Numbered from the stretch's first letter, positions 1 to 11,229 are shown. The stretch is DNA of 64,000 nucleotides from an uncultured delta proteobacterium (GCA_963808625.1 CAWEHK010000018.1:1-64000); one strand, 5' to 3'. A program made the numbers and translations. Notes: generated by a model not told the origin, from the letters alone.

Positions 1-3000
1 GAGGATGGGTGGCTCGTCCTTCGCAAACGTTGCCGGTTTCGGCGCTTCCGCATCGAGCCAGCGTAGGAGGTTCGTATAGCTCGGTGTGATGGTGTGGTGG
101 CATTCATCCACGACGACTAAAACCAGGTTTCCGGGGCCTACACCAGCCCATGGGTTCCCATTCGGCTGTCTAAGCGTCTGGATGGACGCCACGACGACCA
201 CAGGCTTGTCCGTGTCTTGGATGGCCGGATTCGGGTTCCCGCCCCACAGGCGAATGATTCGCAAGCTGGTGTTCTGCGCACCAAGATTGATCCAGACTTG
301 GCGAAAGGCCTGCACAGCCTGCCTCGCAAAGCTCGTCCGTCTGGGCCACCCACAGGACGCTACGCCGGTCACCGTTGGGGGCGAGGACGAGTCGCACAGC
401 ACCCTCCACTGTGACGCGCGTCTTTCCGGCGCCGGTGGGCAGGCTTACGACCGCGCGGTCGGCGCGAGGTGCCACTGGCCAGCAAACCCCGGATTCCTTC
501 GAACACCTCTTCCTGAAAATCATGCAGCGGTCGGGAGTTCAATGGGGCCGCTGATCAACTCCTCTTTGGTTCTCGTTGCGCTTCGGGAGATGCGGCGAAA
601 AGCTCCAGGAAAGTCGATGGCCGCGACGAAGGAGCGCGCCTCGGCAGTGTTCCATCGGGTCTGCGGCTTCAATCCCTCCTCTGAAAGCGTTTCTTTGAGA
701 GCCGTGAGGATGGCAGGGCCAAGTTGCGCGCGAGCGTCAGTTCTGCGAGTTCAAGCGGTGTGCATTTCTGCATGAAATCCATGCTCGCGAGGTTGCCGAG
801 CGCCTGGCGTAGCGGCTCCTCGCGGTTTCCCACAGCCAGAAGCAATCGTTCCACCAGTGTCGAGGCTTCCGCGACCTTCGCGCGCAAGGCATCCACCTGC
901 GCGTCCCCGACGACGGCCCAGCAGCTTCTCCAGGCTCGCATTTCAGCCATCCTGCCGCCGCAAATTCAGCGAGCAGACACTGGAGCCTGTCGGCACGCGA
1001 CAACGAAGCCTGCCGCGCCAGATCGAGAAGCAAGGAGTTATTCCACATCAGGCAGGGCACAAGGTCGCTGTCCCCGCCCATGATCAGCTTCAGGCGGGTA
1101 ATCGACTCGACATCTCGCAGGATAAATTGCCTGCCGTTCCGCAAGACCTCGGCAAGTTCGGGATCGTCTCGTAAACCAGGAGATCGGTCGGACCTGTATT
1201 CTTCAGCCGATGCTGGCGACATGAGCTCCGCAAGGTTCTTCGCTCCGCTCTGAGACCATAGCTTCCAGCGCGTGCTCGTCCAGCGTTACAACAATGCCGG
1301 ACCTAAGTAAGCTCACGTCGAGCGAGGTCCGGTGAGCCGGTCACGAAAACCTGCGCCAACGGAATCTCGCCCGCCTCCGTACGCAGTATTTGGGGAGCAA
1401 CATCATCTTTCGCCGCGCCCGCCCAAAGCTCGCGCAAAGAATCGTCTGCAAGGGCCTGGTGGAATAGCCAGCGCCTCATTAGCGCCAGCCACAAGGCTTC
1501 GAATGTCGGCTTCTGTGGCAGGTACTGGCGGTATTACGCCTCCCAGTTCTCGGAGCGCGGGCTGTAGCTCCTCCCAATTTGGCATCCTCGCCAGCGCCGA
1601 TCACCACTTGGCAACAACTGCCGCCAAGCGGACATTCTCGTCGCCGGCCTGCACAGTGCCATGTTTGAGTAAGAACCACGGCAGCGGATGTCTTCTATCT
1701 CCGGATAGCTGGCGACTGTGCAATGACGGGGCTTTAGCTTCTGCTTCATTTGGCCAATTGGGAAAGGAACTGCTCGGTAAGCTTGCCATTTGGAATGCCG
1801 CTCAACTTTGGCAGGAAGGCCCAGCCTTTAGGACATTTGAGGCCCGATGGTTTCAAGTAGCCCCAAAATGCCCTCCCGTTCACGTTCTGCTGGCAATAGT
1901 CCGCCAATGCGTTAGCCATTCCCTTCTTAATCCGTCGTGCCCGCCGACATCGACCACTCCATCCGGGAAATCGCAAATGCTCAGAGGCCGCCAGCAAGGC
2001 GCCGTCCCCGCCATGAATCCCAAAATCAACCAGGGTATTCTGGTTTGCAGAGGCATCGTCATAATCTGACGAACGCGCCGGGGGATAGAACCTCGTCCCC
2101 CAATACCATCCTGTAAACGCGCCTGCGTACACAGATCCGATAGGAATTCTGTGTGATGAACTGTTGGCGGACGGCAGAGGGTGCCGCGCGCAATCTCATC
2201 CAAAAAGCCTGCCATCCAGCATTTTTGGCTTCCGCTGAATAATTCGGGATACTACTCAGGGCCTCGCGAAGCACCGACTCCCACACGCTGTCGTCGAGTG
2301 GCTTCACTTTCATCACTTCAGCGAGAATCCGCCTCGTCTCCGCATCCTCGCACAGGGGCCGTGCAACCGGATGTCGGCCATCGGGAACGTGGGTGCCTTC
2401 GGGCGCGAATACCGACTGATCTGCGGTTAGCAATTGACCATCATCTGCCGGGATGATTTGGAGCAGTCAGGCGAACCGAACTCCACTCCCCCAGCCTGCA
2501 ATCTCTCTCGTAGGCTTCGGCGAGCTTGAGCACCTGGACCGCCTTCGCCAATTCACCGGGAGCGATGGCCGAAAACCACGAAGTCGCTTCACGTCTCCGA
2601 AGGTTCGGGCACACAGGTTGTTTCTTACCTTGCTTGCTGAGCCGTTCCGCAAGTGCATTCAAGCGGCTCCCACGTTGCCGCTCCAGGCATGAAGGATGAA
2701 CCATCTGCGCCCGTTCGTCACCACCTGCGAGCTCCCGCCACTGACGGGCGAGGTCGGTGTTTTCCAGCGGATGCTGCCACAACTCTCTAGCCGGCCGTAG
2801 CATGGTTGTCGCATCCGGAATCACCGCGGCACTTTCAAGTGCGGTCCACAGCGCCTCAACAAGGGGTGCTGCATCTTCATCCTTGCGTCCAAGTTGGCGA
2901 GGAAAGGCATCCAGCACGCGGGCTGGATCTGCATTCGTGCACAACTGCGGTAGTGTTTCTCCAATGAGACGCGCAGCTTCGAGCATCAGCTCGGTATTCC

Positions 3001-3991
3001 ACTCACCACCAATGATCGCGTTGCGGTCGCTGTTCAGCTTCCACGGCGCGTTCAGAATGCCCGGTAAATAGGTCGGCGTATGCGTCGGGAAAAAAGCCCA
3101 GAAGCATCCGGCCTCCTCCCGCTTACCCTCCAGCGGGATCGCCCAGGCCAGGGGCACAGAATCCCGCGCGTGGATATGTGTCGCATCGGCAACCGCGCGA
3201 GCGACGTCAATGGTGACGTCTCGTTTAGCGACACGCCAGCGTGACGTTTCAGTTCCGTCGTGCAGCAGACAATCGTTGCCATCCGGCTCGATCCTGAGCT
3301 CGCGCGATGATTTTTGTCCGTCATCGAGAAGCAAGGTGGTTGACACAGGAAAAAAGAGCAAGAACTCGGCTGGGAAGGCCCGGATTTCCTCCCCCAGATG
3401 ATCGAGAATCTCGCGCGTCTGAACTTTGACACGAACGATTGTCTCGGCCCACGTCAGTTGACCGAGAACGATGTCGTGACACAGTTCGCTCTCCTCCAAA
3501 GGCCACGCCAATCGCAGAGCGGGTGCTTCAGTTACATTAAACTCCCGTCTCAGGTCGTCACGGCACCGAGCAGGGTCGAACCGGATGGCCCCTGATCCCC
3601 TCATAAAGATGTCGATGGGTCCGCCGAGCCGAAGCAGCGATTTGAAACCCAGCCCAAACCGCCCGATCTGGTTACCTCGTTTGGGTGACGAATGAGAGCT
3701 GAGCAAAGCGTCTACGCCCTCTTCGCTCAATGGGGCACCGGTGTTGGCCACGTAAAGGCGTGACTCCCGAAGAAAGACATGAATCCGATTGCCGTCGACG
3801 GGCGGCACCCCATGCTCGTCGGCTTCGAGAATCGCATCCGCGCCGTTCTGTATGAGCTCCATGACCTGGCGATAGCCGTAACCCCCAGCCAGCACCGTCT
3901 GCTCGATTCCGTGGTGCTCCTTGAGCAAGCTGGGGAGGTTGCGATACGCGTCTCGCAGTGCGGCATTGCGGCTTTCTATGAATGACCTCAT
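1..3991 (-). CDS. Large sacsin-like GHKL ATPase + SF2 (DECH-box) helicase fusion; several frameshifts; runs off the window start
   Basis: ORF 2441..3991 has GHKL motifs ELIQNGADA, ANTGAPL, IGRFGLGFKS. Downstream minus-strand fragments continue in shifted frames to Walker A LPTGAGKT (~420-445), SVLWVAQTDELCE, and LVVVDECHH (~95-120). Confidence 0.8.
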
Positions 3992-4040
3992 TGGCTCCTT
4001 CTAGTAATGCGGAGGGTGTAATTTCGTTTAGTCCAAGGGT

Positions 4041-4150
4041 GGCTAATGCCCAAAATCACCGGCGGAGCAATTATTGATAAATATAAAGAAAACACTGCCT
4101 AGTTTATGGTACCTACGCATTTGCCATCCTCTCCATTTGCTTGTTATATA
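4041..4150 (-). other. Degenerate attC-like site downstream of a small AT-rich ORF
   Basis: Minus strand reads TATATAAC-aagcaaatggagagga...ccgccggtgattttgggc-ATTAGCC just after the stop of 4165..4428. The R' GTT is degenerate (ATT) and arm pairing is imperfect. Confidence 0.35.
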
Positions 4151-4164
4151 CTAATCCTTTGCTT

Positions 4165-4428
4165 TTACAGCCTATAACTAGCGCTCCCATCCCACTCTAT
4201 ATCTCCAGTTTTCTTTCTGTACTGCAAGACATTGCGGACATTTCTTTTCCATTTTGGAGTATCGGAACTTGGTGACTGCCATTCGTAGTCTTCCGCATCA
4301 AGGTCAACTTTGTGTTCGATGAGGCGATAAATGTCGTCCAACAGAACCCATTGCCTTCTTGGCAGGTATCGGACAATGCAATCCCAGATTTGTGGTAAAT
4401 GAGTCATGTCTTGGATTCCCTCACTCAA
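4165..4428 (-). CDS. Small hypothetical protein, probably winged-helix/Mrr-N-like DNA-binding domain
   Basis: 87-aa ORF with LDDIYRLIE...PKWKRNVRNVLQ..K..G.IE pattern typical of small wHTH domains. Confidence 0.6.
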   Translation of the reverse strand: MSEGIQDMTHLPQIWDCIVRYLPRRQWVLLDDIYRLIEHKVDLDAEDYEWQSPSSDTPKWKRNVRNVLQYRKKTGDIEWDGSASYRL

Positions 4429-4505
4429 TTAAAGGGATCAAGCGGTTCTTCTCGTGTAGGGGCTGGGGGATCCTCGCCCGAAGCGTACACTTTTCAAACA
4501 CGCTG

Positions 4506-4826
4506 TCAGTCCGTCTGTGCTTCTTGCGCCTCACTGAATTGAACGGTCTTTACTTTTTGCCATTCGGTAGACCCGTGGTATGTTCGCCAGAGTTTATAGT
4601 TTTTCTGTAGATTAAGCCACAAATCCGGGGTGGTGTTGAAAGCCCGGGACAGCCTCATTGCCATATCCGGAGTGATAGCGCCTCTCTGGTACACGATTTT
4701 GGACACGGTTCTTCTTGATACTCCAAGAATCTCGGCAAGCTGAGAGTTGGAGATGGTCAGAGCATCCAGACAGAGCCTCTTCAAAATGCCCCCGGGATGC
4801 GATGGCATCTTCTTTCTTTCTCTCAT
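4506..4826 (-). CDS. higA: HigA-family addiction module antitoxin (HTH)
   Basis: PSHPGGILK...LAEILGVSRRTVSKIV...ITPDMAMRLSRAFNTTPDLWLNLQ..Y. Confidence 0.9.
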   Translation of the reverse strand: MRERKKMPSHPGGILKRLCLDALTISNSQLAEILGVSRRTVSKIVYQRGAITPDMAMRLSRAFNTTPDLWLNLQKNYKLWRTYHGSTEWQKVKTVQFSEAQEAQTD

Positions 4827-4835
4827 GCTGACACC

Positions 4836-4935
4836 TCAGTGGTGTCCTCGTAGTTCACATCATGGGTATTGCCATTAATTAATGAACCTAAACGTAATCC
4901 GACCTCTTCCTGGAAACCTTTACTGCCGACTTCTC
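4836..4935 (-). pseudogene. higB: C-terminal remnant of HigB (RelE/ParE-like) toxin
   Basis: Minus strand, across frameshifts, reads AVKVS..RITFRF..NGNTHDVNYED.H-stop immediately upstream of higA; 5' part absent. Confidence 0.7.
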
Positions 4936-4939
4936 TTTC

Positions 4940-5865
4940 ATCGCGGACTTTCATGGTGGGCCGCTCGATGACGGCGCTCGCCTTCTTCAGCTCAGCGACA
5001 TAGCATCGGCCACGGCGTCGATGTCAGCATCCGATGCTTCGATCTCCTTAAAGAGGCGCTTGCGCATGATGGCGTAAAGCTCATCCTTGGTGTTGTCCAC
5101 CGGCGCAATAGTCTGAGCACCTTTGGAGACCTCATTGTTGACGCTCTGCATGGTGCCGCTCAGCAGCTCATTCGATTTGAGGATGCGGGCCAGTTCTTCC
5201 GCCCCCTGCTCCCAGTCCTTCTGGAGATCGGCGATGACGATCACGGAGCGTCGGCATTCTTTGTAGTCCCGCACAGCGCCAAAGAGCGTGGTGAGGGCAA
5301 TACTGGCGAGAGTGGCGGCCCGTGTCCCTTCTTCCTTGCTGCCCTGGCTGGCGGCGTGCACGAGATAAAAGGCCAGCTCGTCCAGAAGAATGAGAACGGA
5401 ACGGTCGCAGAGGGCATCGCGCCATTCTTCTTCAGACGGCGCACGATCGGAAGGGAAGTCCACACCGAGCACTTCGCTCAGGCTGACCCACACTTTTTTG
5501 TCCGTAGCACGACCGGTGAAAGAAGCCACCACATCGGGGGTGGCTTTGGGGAGCGGTTTCTGAAAGGGAAGCAGCGCAGCGAGATGGGGAAAGCGGGCGA
5601 GAATCCCGGCAACAATCATGCTCTGGGTTTTGCCGCCCCCCATGGACTCCGATAGTTTGTAAATGCCGCTCGCCGAGCCAACGCCGGCCAGGCGTGAGAA
5701 GGCCTGCATAAGGAGCAGTTCCATCCCCGACGTGAGCACATTGGAGTCAAGAAACTCGCGTGCTTCTTCTTCTGAAAGCTTGGGGAGATCGGCAAGATTG
5801 ACGACAAAATCAGCTGTCCCGTCAAGAACCGCCTGCCGTGGTTTGCAGGCTTGGAGTGTTTTCAT
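4940..5865 (-). pseudogene. Truncated DUF499-family AAA+-like ATPase (N-terminal ~300 aa)
   Basis: MKTLQACKPRQAVLD, Walker A MGGGKT, Walker B LILLDEL, ELYAIMRKRLF. After a frameshift near 5002 it reads YVAELKKASAVIERPTMKVRDE and then breaks off. Confidence 0.75.
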
Positions 5866-6034
5866 GCCCCGCTTCCTTCACTATAGGAGTTCCCGGATCA
5901 GATTCAGAAATTCTCGTGAGGAAGGATACATAAAAAGGGATGGTTCCACAATCATCTTGCTGAAAAGGAAACACACTCAAGTGTGGTCTTTAGGTCAGAA
6001 GCCGAGGGAGTGAAGACCTGTCAGCCATTTTGAA

Positions 6035-6065
6035 TTGACAGAGGAAAGGGAATAAAGGTAAGAAT
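6035..6065 (+). promoter_or_regulatory. Possible sigma70 promoter for the 6122-8689 operon
   Basis: TTGACA at 6035-6040 with TAAGAAT 18 nt downstream. Confidence 0.35.
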
Positions 6066-6121
6066 ACCAAACTACTCGCAAAGACCCTTTCAATATCATG
6101 CTTAGATGAGGATTCCGGCCT

Positions 6122-6934
6122 ATGCCTGTGATCGAACCTTCAGAATGCCTTACCGCCTTGCTCATTGGGCTTCATTATGCCAGATCGCGTTTCACCATTG
6201 GCAATTTCTTCAATGAGATCCTTGATTCAGTTGCAGAGCTCCCCAGCTTTCAGCCTCGCTCAGTGGGTCCTCATGAGCTTGTCTTTCGAATTGGAGGCAT
6301 AAAGGTAACGCTGACGCCGGAAGCCTTCGTCATCAATAGCCAGGTGACTGTCGGAAAAGACTTGCTTGCGTGCCTGCCTAAAAGGGACGAGAAATACATC
6401 ATGTTGCCGGCCTCGGTTTATGATGGAAGGTTCGAAATCCAAAAAGGGATCGAGGTGCTTAAGGAGAATCCGAAAACCTTTCGAAGGAACTTTGTCGAGG
6501 AAGGTATTGAAATCATACGGCTGGTGGATAAGATTGTCCAAGGAGGGCTCTATCCCCTCCGATTTATCGGGTTGGTGGAGTATTATGCTGTCCCCCTGGA
6601 TACTGTCAGCTGGGACATCTTGGACAAATTCACGAAGGAGGCTGATATTCCTGGCGGTTCAAATACTGAGAAGATAGCGCTTAATCGGTACTATTTCCCA
6701 GCAAGTCAGGAAGAGGACAAACGATGCTTAATCTTCAAACTTGTGAAGCCGGATGATCTTAAAGGCAAGGAAGCTGCTATCGGCGGAGCCAGTTTCGATT
6801 TCCAGTTTATACCGGAGAAACCTAAGGCAATCGCTGAATTTGGTGGACCCAAGGAGATGGTCACCTCACTTGCCATCGGCATTCAGAAGATGGTCGAGTA
6901 TTCAAAGTTTATGAACTTTACGCCCAGGAAATAA
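6122..6934 (+). CDS. Hypothetical protein, possibly TIGR04255-like
   Basis: 270-aa intact ORF; LRFIGLVEYY and SFDFQF segments resemble that family; first of three tightly coupled genes. Confidence 0.7.
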   Translation: MPVIEPSECLTALLIGLHYARSRFTIGNFFNEILDSVAELPSFQPRSVGPHELVFRIGGIKVTLTPEAFVINSQVTVGKDLLACLPKRDEKYIMLPASVYDGRFEIQKGIEVLKENPKTFRRNFVEEGIEIIRLVDKIVQGGLYPLRFIGLVEYYAVPLDTVSWDILDKFTKEADIPGGSNTEKIALNRYYFPASQEEDKRCLIFKLVKPDDLKGKEAAIGGASFDFQFIPEKPKAIAEFGGPKEMVTSLAIGIQKMVEYSKFMNFTPRK

Positions 6935-6936
6935 TA

Positions 6937-7527
6937 ATGAGCTCCCTGATAACACAGGATCAAATTATCACTCAAGACCAGGCAAAGGAGCGCACCACAA
7001 CGGACGACGCCATGCCTCTTGTGAGTACTGCAACCGGTCAGGTGGATGAAAAGACGAAACAAGGATTGTTTGATTGGCGTAAGGCAGTATCAATGGCCAT
7101 GGTTGCTGGGTCTTTGGGAGTTTCTTCGACACCCGCACTGGCCGAGGATCGCGCTTTTGTCCCCATCATAATGGAACAGACTGGCGCTTTTACCTCATCG
7201 GTCGCACACGCGCTCTCTGAGATTGCGGACCGCTACGAGAGTGTAATTTTTAGCTACCCTGCCAGGGTTTTGGAGATTGAGCGGAACGTCTCTGGAGATC
7301 CGATATCCGCGATTGTGCTCGTTTCGGTGGATGGGAATGATACCGTCATCAAGCGCTCTGTTCGGCAGTTTGGTTTTGAGCTCAGGCCAGACATGCGACT
7401 CATGGTTGATGGTGTACAAAGAGGCGGTGCGAAGCACCTTGCTTTTCGTGTAGCTCAGCCTCTGCAACTCGACGAGGAGCAGCAAGAATTGCTCAGGGGC
7501 ATCGTATCTGCATTCAAGACCGCTTGA
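6937..7527 (+). CDS. Hypothetical protein (low-complexity N-terminus, beta-rich possibly OB-like C-terminus)
   Basis: 196-aa intact ORF starting 2 nt after the upstream stop. Confidence 0.7.
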   Translation: MSSLITQDQIITQDQAKERTTTDDAMPLVSTATGQVDEKTKQGLFDWRKAVSMAMVAGSLGVSSTPALAEDRAFVPIIMEQTGAFTSSVAHALSEIADRYESVIFSYPARVLEIERNVSGDPISAIVLVSVDGNDTVIKRSVRQFGFELRPDMRLMVDGVQRGGAKHLAFRVAQPLQLDEEQQELLRGIVSAFKTA

Positions 7528-7528
7528 G

Positions 7529-8689
7529 ATGTTTAGAATCCACGTGCTCAACGTTAAGCTCGGGGATTCCTTAATCCTGGAAACTGAGCTCAATTCAAAA
7601 TCCTACTATTCCATCATTGACTGCAAGAGTATCGAAGGCAAGACCCCTACTGTTGAGTTCCTCCAGGAACGAGGCGTAACCCAGGTTCAGAGTGTTTTCC
7701 TGACCCACCTGCACAGCGATCATTACTCCGGCTTTCCCCGGCTGTGGGACTACCTTAGGGAAGTCAACGGTACACTCGAATATTTCGTATCGCCTCAAAT
7801 TCCAGACGAATATGACGTTTGGCGGAAAATTCTCGAGTTGGCGCATGACCAGACTACCAGCGTACAACTCATCAGCGTTTTAAAGGCGATGAGAGGTTTT
7901 CTGCAGCTGCCTTCTTTGACTCATGAACGCAAAAAGGCAATGCCCGTGCGGATGAATTACGAAGGGGGCCGAGATGAACGCTCTTGGCGTGAGCACCTGC
8001 ACCCGGCTCTGCTCTTTGCTGCGCTGAGTCCGTCTGATACTGAGGCTTTCCAGCTTCTTCGCTCGGCATTCGATGATGCTGCTCGTTACCACAAGGCAAT
8101 CAATGCCATCAGTCACGCTTTCCTGGTCAGGCATGAGGTAGGCTCCCATCGACATACGGGACTGTTTTGCGGTGATTTGGAGGGGCAAACCTGGAGGTAT
8201 GTAAAGAACCGGTGCCTGGAGATAACCAAACGCGCCATAAGATCTGAGCTCAGCTTTCTGAAAGTCCCTCACCATGGCGCTTCCAACCATGTTATGGAAC
8301 AATGCCTCCAAGAGCTGATCGACGACAAAAATCATTTTATGGCTTCCATAAGCTGTCCCCCGGGAGATCCGAAGCATCCAGCCCAGCGGACATTGGAGTC
8401 ACTGCGAACTGCCTTTGAGGATTGCTGTATAGCGTGCACAAACATCTCTGCACTCTGCCACAATCGAGGGTTTCCCTCCATCGCATATGAATTCTTTGAG
8501 CAGCCTCCCAAGGAAGCTGAATTTCTGGAAGTTGCCTCGTCTGAACAGTTTGGTGCCATCCATCCACGTGTGCCGGGTGCTTGTGCCGGCCATCACACGA
8601 TTACCATGACGGAAAACGATTGTACATTGACACGATCAACGGGGTTACCGTGCAGTTTCAACCCATCTGACTGCCGCAAGGAGCATTAA
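7529..8689 (+). CDS. ComEC/Rec2-like metallo-beta-lactamase fold hydrolase (putative nuclease), stand-alone
   Basis: VLNVKLGDS, IIDC, LTHLHSDHYSG (HxHxDH), FCGDLE, KVPHHGA, ISC..KHP; Cys-rich tail; no membrane competence domain. Confidence 0.85.
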   Translation: MFRIHVLNVKLGDSLILETELNSKSYYSIIDCKSIEGKTPTVEFLQERGVTQVQSVFLTHLHSDHYSGFPRLWDYLREVNGTLEYFVSPQIPDEYDVWRKILELAHDQTTSVQLISVLKAMRGFLQLPSLTHERKKAMPVRMNYEGGRDERSWREHLHPALLFAALSPSDTEAFQLLRSAFDDAARYHKAINAISHAFLVRHEVGSHRHTGLFCGDLEGQTWRYVKNRCLEITKRAIRSELSFLKVPHHGASNHVMEQCLQELIDDKNHFMASISCPPGDPKHPAQRTLESLRTAFEDCCIACTNISALCHNRGFPSIAYEFFEQPPKEAEFLEVASSEQFGAIHPRVPGACAGHHTITMTENDCTLTRSTGLPCSFNPSDCRKEH

Positions 8690-8952
8690 GGATACTTCCA
8701 CAAACAAGCTGCCCCATGAGCAGATCGAGAACTCGGTGGAAACCCTGCGTTCGGTTAGATGACAAGGCTCTGTGCATTTGGTGTTTCTTGAAGTATGTTG
8801 CATTCGGAACTCTATAGCCGGAGCTTTGCGGTGGGCAAAATTCAACCATGGGAAGTGTTTAAAGCTTTGTGGGAGAAAACCGCGCCTTTGATTCCTTGGC
8901 TTTTTCGAGATCCGAATGCGGTTCTACCAAGACTGCTCATAGGAATGAGTTG

Positions 8953-9207
8953 ATGAAGCCTATTGTTTTCACTTCCCACGCACGGCAACGAATTAAAGAT
9001 CGAGGTACTGATGAGGAGCGCGTCATCGAAGCGATCCGCAGTGGGGAACACGAGCCAACCCGCTCGGGGCGGGTCATGTGCAGACTGAATCTGGAGTACA
9101 AGCGGGAGTGGGATGGGGTATACTATCCGATACAACAGGTAGCTCCTGTTGTTGTCGAGGAAGACGAACGGATTGTGGTCATTACCGTTTACACATTCTA
9201 TTTTTGA
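8953..9207 (+). CDS. DUF4258-family putative toxin
   Basis: IVFTSHARQRIKDRG...IVVITVY; adjacent to a DUF2283 gene. Confidence 0.8.
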   Translation: MKPIVFTSHARQRIKDRGTDEERVIEAIRSGEHEPTRSGRVMCRLNLEYKREWDGVYYPIQQVAPVVVEEDERIVVITVYTFYF

Positions 9208-9221
9208 GGAGCATTGAAACC

Positions 9222-9479
9222 GTGGAAATCACATACGATAAGGAAGTCGATGCTCTCTACATTCGCCTCCTTGAAGGCGAGCATCAGTGCCGCGTAGTTC
9301 GGCTTACGGAAGATATTGCCCTGGACTTCACTCAAGGAGAAAGACTGGTCGGGATTGAGGTGCTGGGAGCAAGCCGGCTGTTCGAGACACCCGACAAACC
9401 GGTAGTCGTACTGAAAGACCTGATGCCGCGCATTCTGAATGATGTGCCTCTGACCAAACACGACACCGCTGTGGCTTGA
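9222..9479 (+). CDS. DUF2283-family putative antitoxin
   Basis: GTG start; ITYDKEVDALYIRL...IALDF..GERLVGIEVLGAS. Confidence 0.85.
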   Translation: MEITYDKEVDALYIRLLEGEHQCRVVRLTEDIALDFTQGERLVGIEVLGASRLFETPDKPVVVLKDLMPRILNDVPLTKHDTAVA

Positions 9480-9708
9480 GGCAGCATGCCCGGGCAACCC
9501 GGACAGCAAACCGCCAACTCCGCACAAGGGAACCAGTGAGGATCCACTCATTCCAATCCAGATACAGGGTGGAGTGAGCAACCTGCTCCCCACCCCCTTC
9601 GGATTCTCTTGATCTGACAGTCGGTTGAGTATAGACTGCGTTCAATGACGCATCGACGCACATTTCACGTTGAACAACGGTGAAACACGAGACAACAGGG
9701 AAGAAGTC

Positions 9709-11229
9709 ATGAATATCCTTCTTGTCTACCCCAAGGTTGCAGAGACTTTCTGGAGCTTTAAGCACGCTCTCCGCGTGGTGGGTCGGAAAGCCGCGTTTCC
9801 GCCGCTGGGCGCATTGACGGTGGCAGCCATGCTGCCCGGATCGTGGAACCTCAGACTGGTTGATTTGAATGTCAGGCCGGTCAAGGATGAAGATCTTGCC
9901 TGGGCCGACTACGTCTTCATCAGCGCCATGATTGCTCAGAAGGATTCGGCACGGCAGGTAATTGACCGGTGCCGCAAGCTGGGCGGTGAAGACGGTTGGC
10001 GGAGGGCCTCTGTTTCGGTCTTATGGGAATGATTTTTCAGACGTCGATCACCTCGTTTTGGGCGAAGGCGAAGCGACGGTCCCACGCTTTGTCCATGATC
10101 TGCAAAACGGCGTCCCGCAAGCCGTCTATGACTGCGATGACCACCCGTCCGCTGGAAAGCACGCCCACCCCTTTGTGGGATCTGATCGACCTGAACAATT
10201 ATTCCTGCATGAGCGTTCAGTATTCCCGAGGATGCCCATTCAATTGCGAGTTCTGTGACATCATCGTGATGAATGGTCGGGTCCCGCAGAACCAAGAGCA
10301 CGGAACAGATGCTGGCCGAGCTGGATGCGCTTTACGAGCGCGGGTGGCGGGGTTCGGTATTCATTGTCGACGACAATTTCATCGGCAAGAAGAAAGAGGT
10401 GAAAAGTCTGCTCCGAGCCATCGCGGTTTGGCAGGCCAGTCATAAGAAGCGCCTCACCTTCTTCACCGAAGCCTCGGTCGATCTGGCGGAAGATCCGGAA
10501 CTCATGGACCTTATGGTGCAAGCCGGCTTCAACAAGGTCTTTCTGGGGTTGGAAACTCCTTCCGAAGAGGGGCTCCGCGAATGCGGCAAGGCTCAGAACC
10601 TGCGCCGCAGTCTTTCCGAATCGGTGAGCATCATCCAGAACCAAGGCCTGGCGGCCATGGGAGGGTTCATCATTGGTTTCGACAGCGACCCTCCGGATAT
10701 TTTCCAGCGGCAGGTCAACTTCATTCAGAAAAACGGCATCGTCACGGCGATGATCGGACTCCTGACCGCGATTCCGGGAACGCGCCTCTATCAGCGATTG
10801 GAAGAAGAAGGCCGCCTGTTGTTCAAGTCCTCGGGCGACAACACGGATGCCAGCGGCAGCCTCAATTTCATTCCCAAAATGGACCGCAGCACCATTATCG
10901 AAGGCTATAAATGGGTGATGAACACCATTTATTCGCCCGAGATGTATTACAAACGAATCCTTGCTTTCCTTCATCAATACCACCCCAAGGCGGTAACCAG
11001 CCTCGAATCGCAGGATCTTCTCGCTCTTGTCCGTTCTCTCTGGTTTCTGGGACTCGCCGACAAGGACTCCAACAAAGGCTACTACTGGCGCCTGCTGAAG
11101 GATGGGCTCTCCAAATATCGGCAGGCATTTTCGGATGTGGTGACCATGTCGATCTATGGCTACCACTTTCGCAAGCTGTTCTGGTCCCCCCAAATTCCCT
11201 TGAAATGGGAAGAATGGTGGAATCATTAA
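9709..11229 (+). CDS. B12-binding radical SAM protein (DUF4070 type), frameshifted
   Basis: [28 protein letters not shown] (CxxxCxxC), [19 protein letters not shown] across ORFs 9670/9996/10273. Confidence 0.9.
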
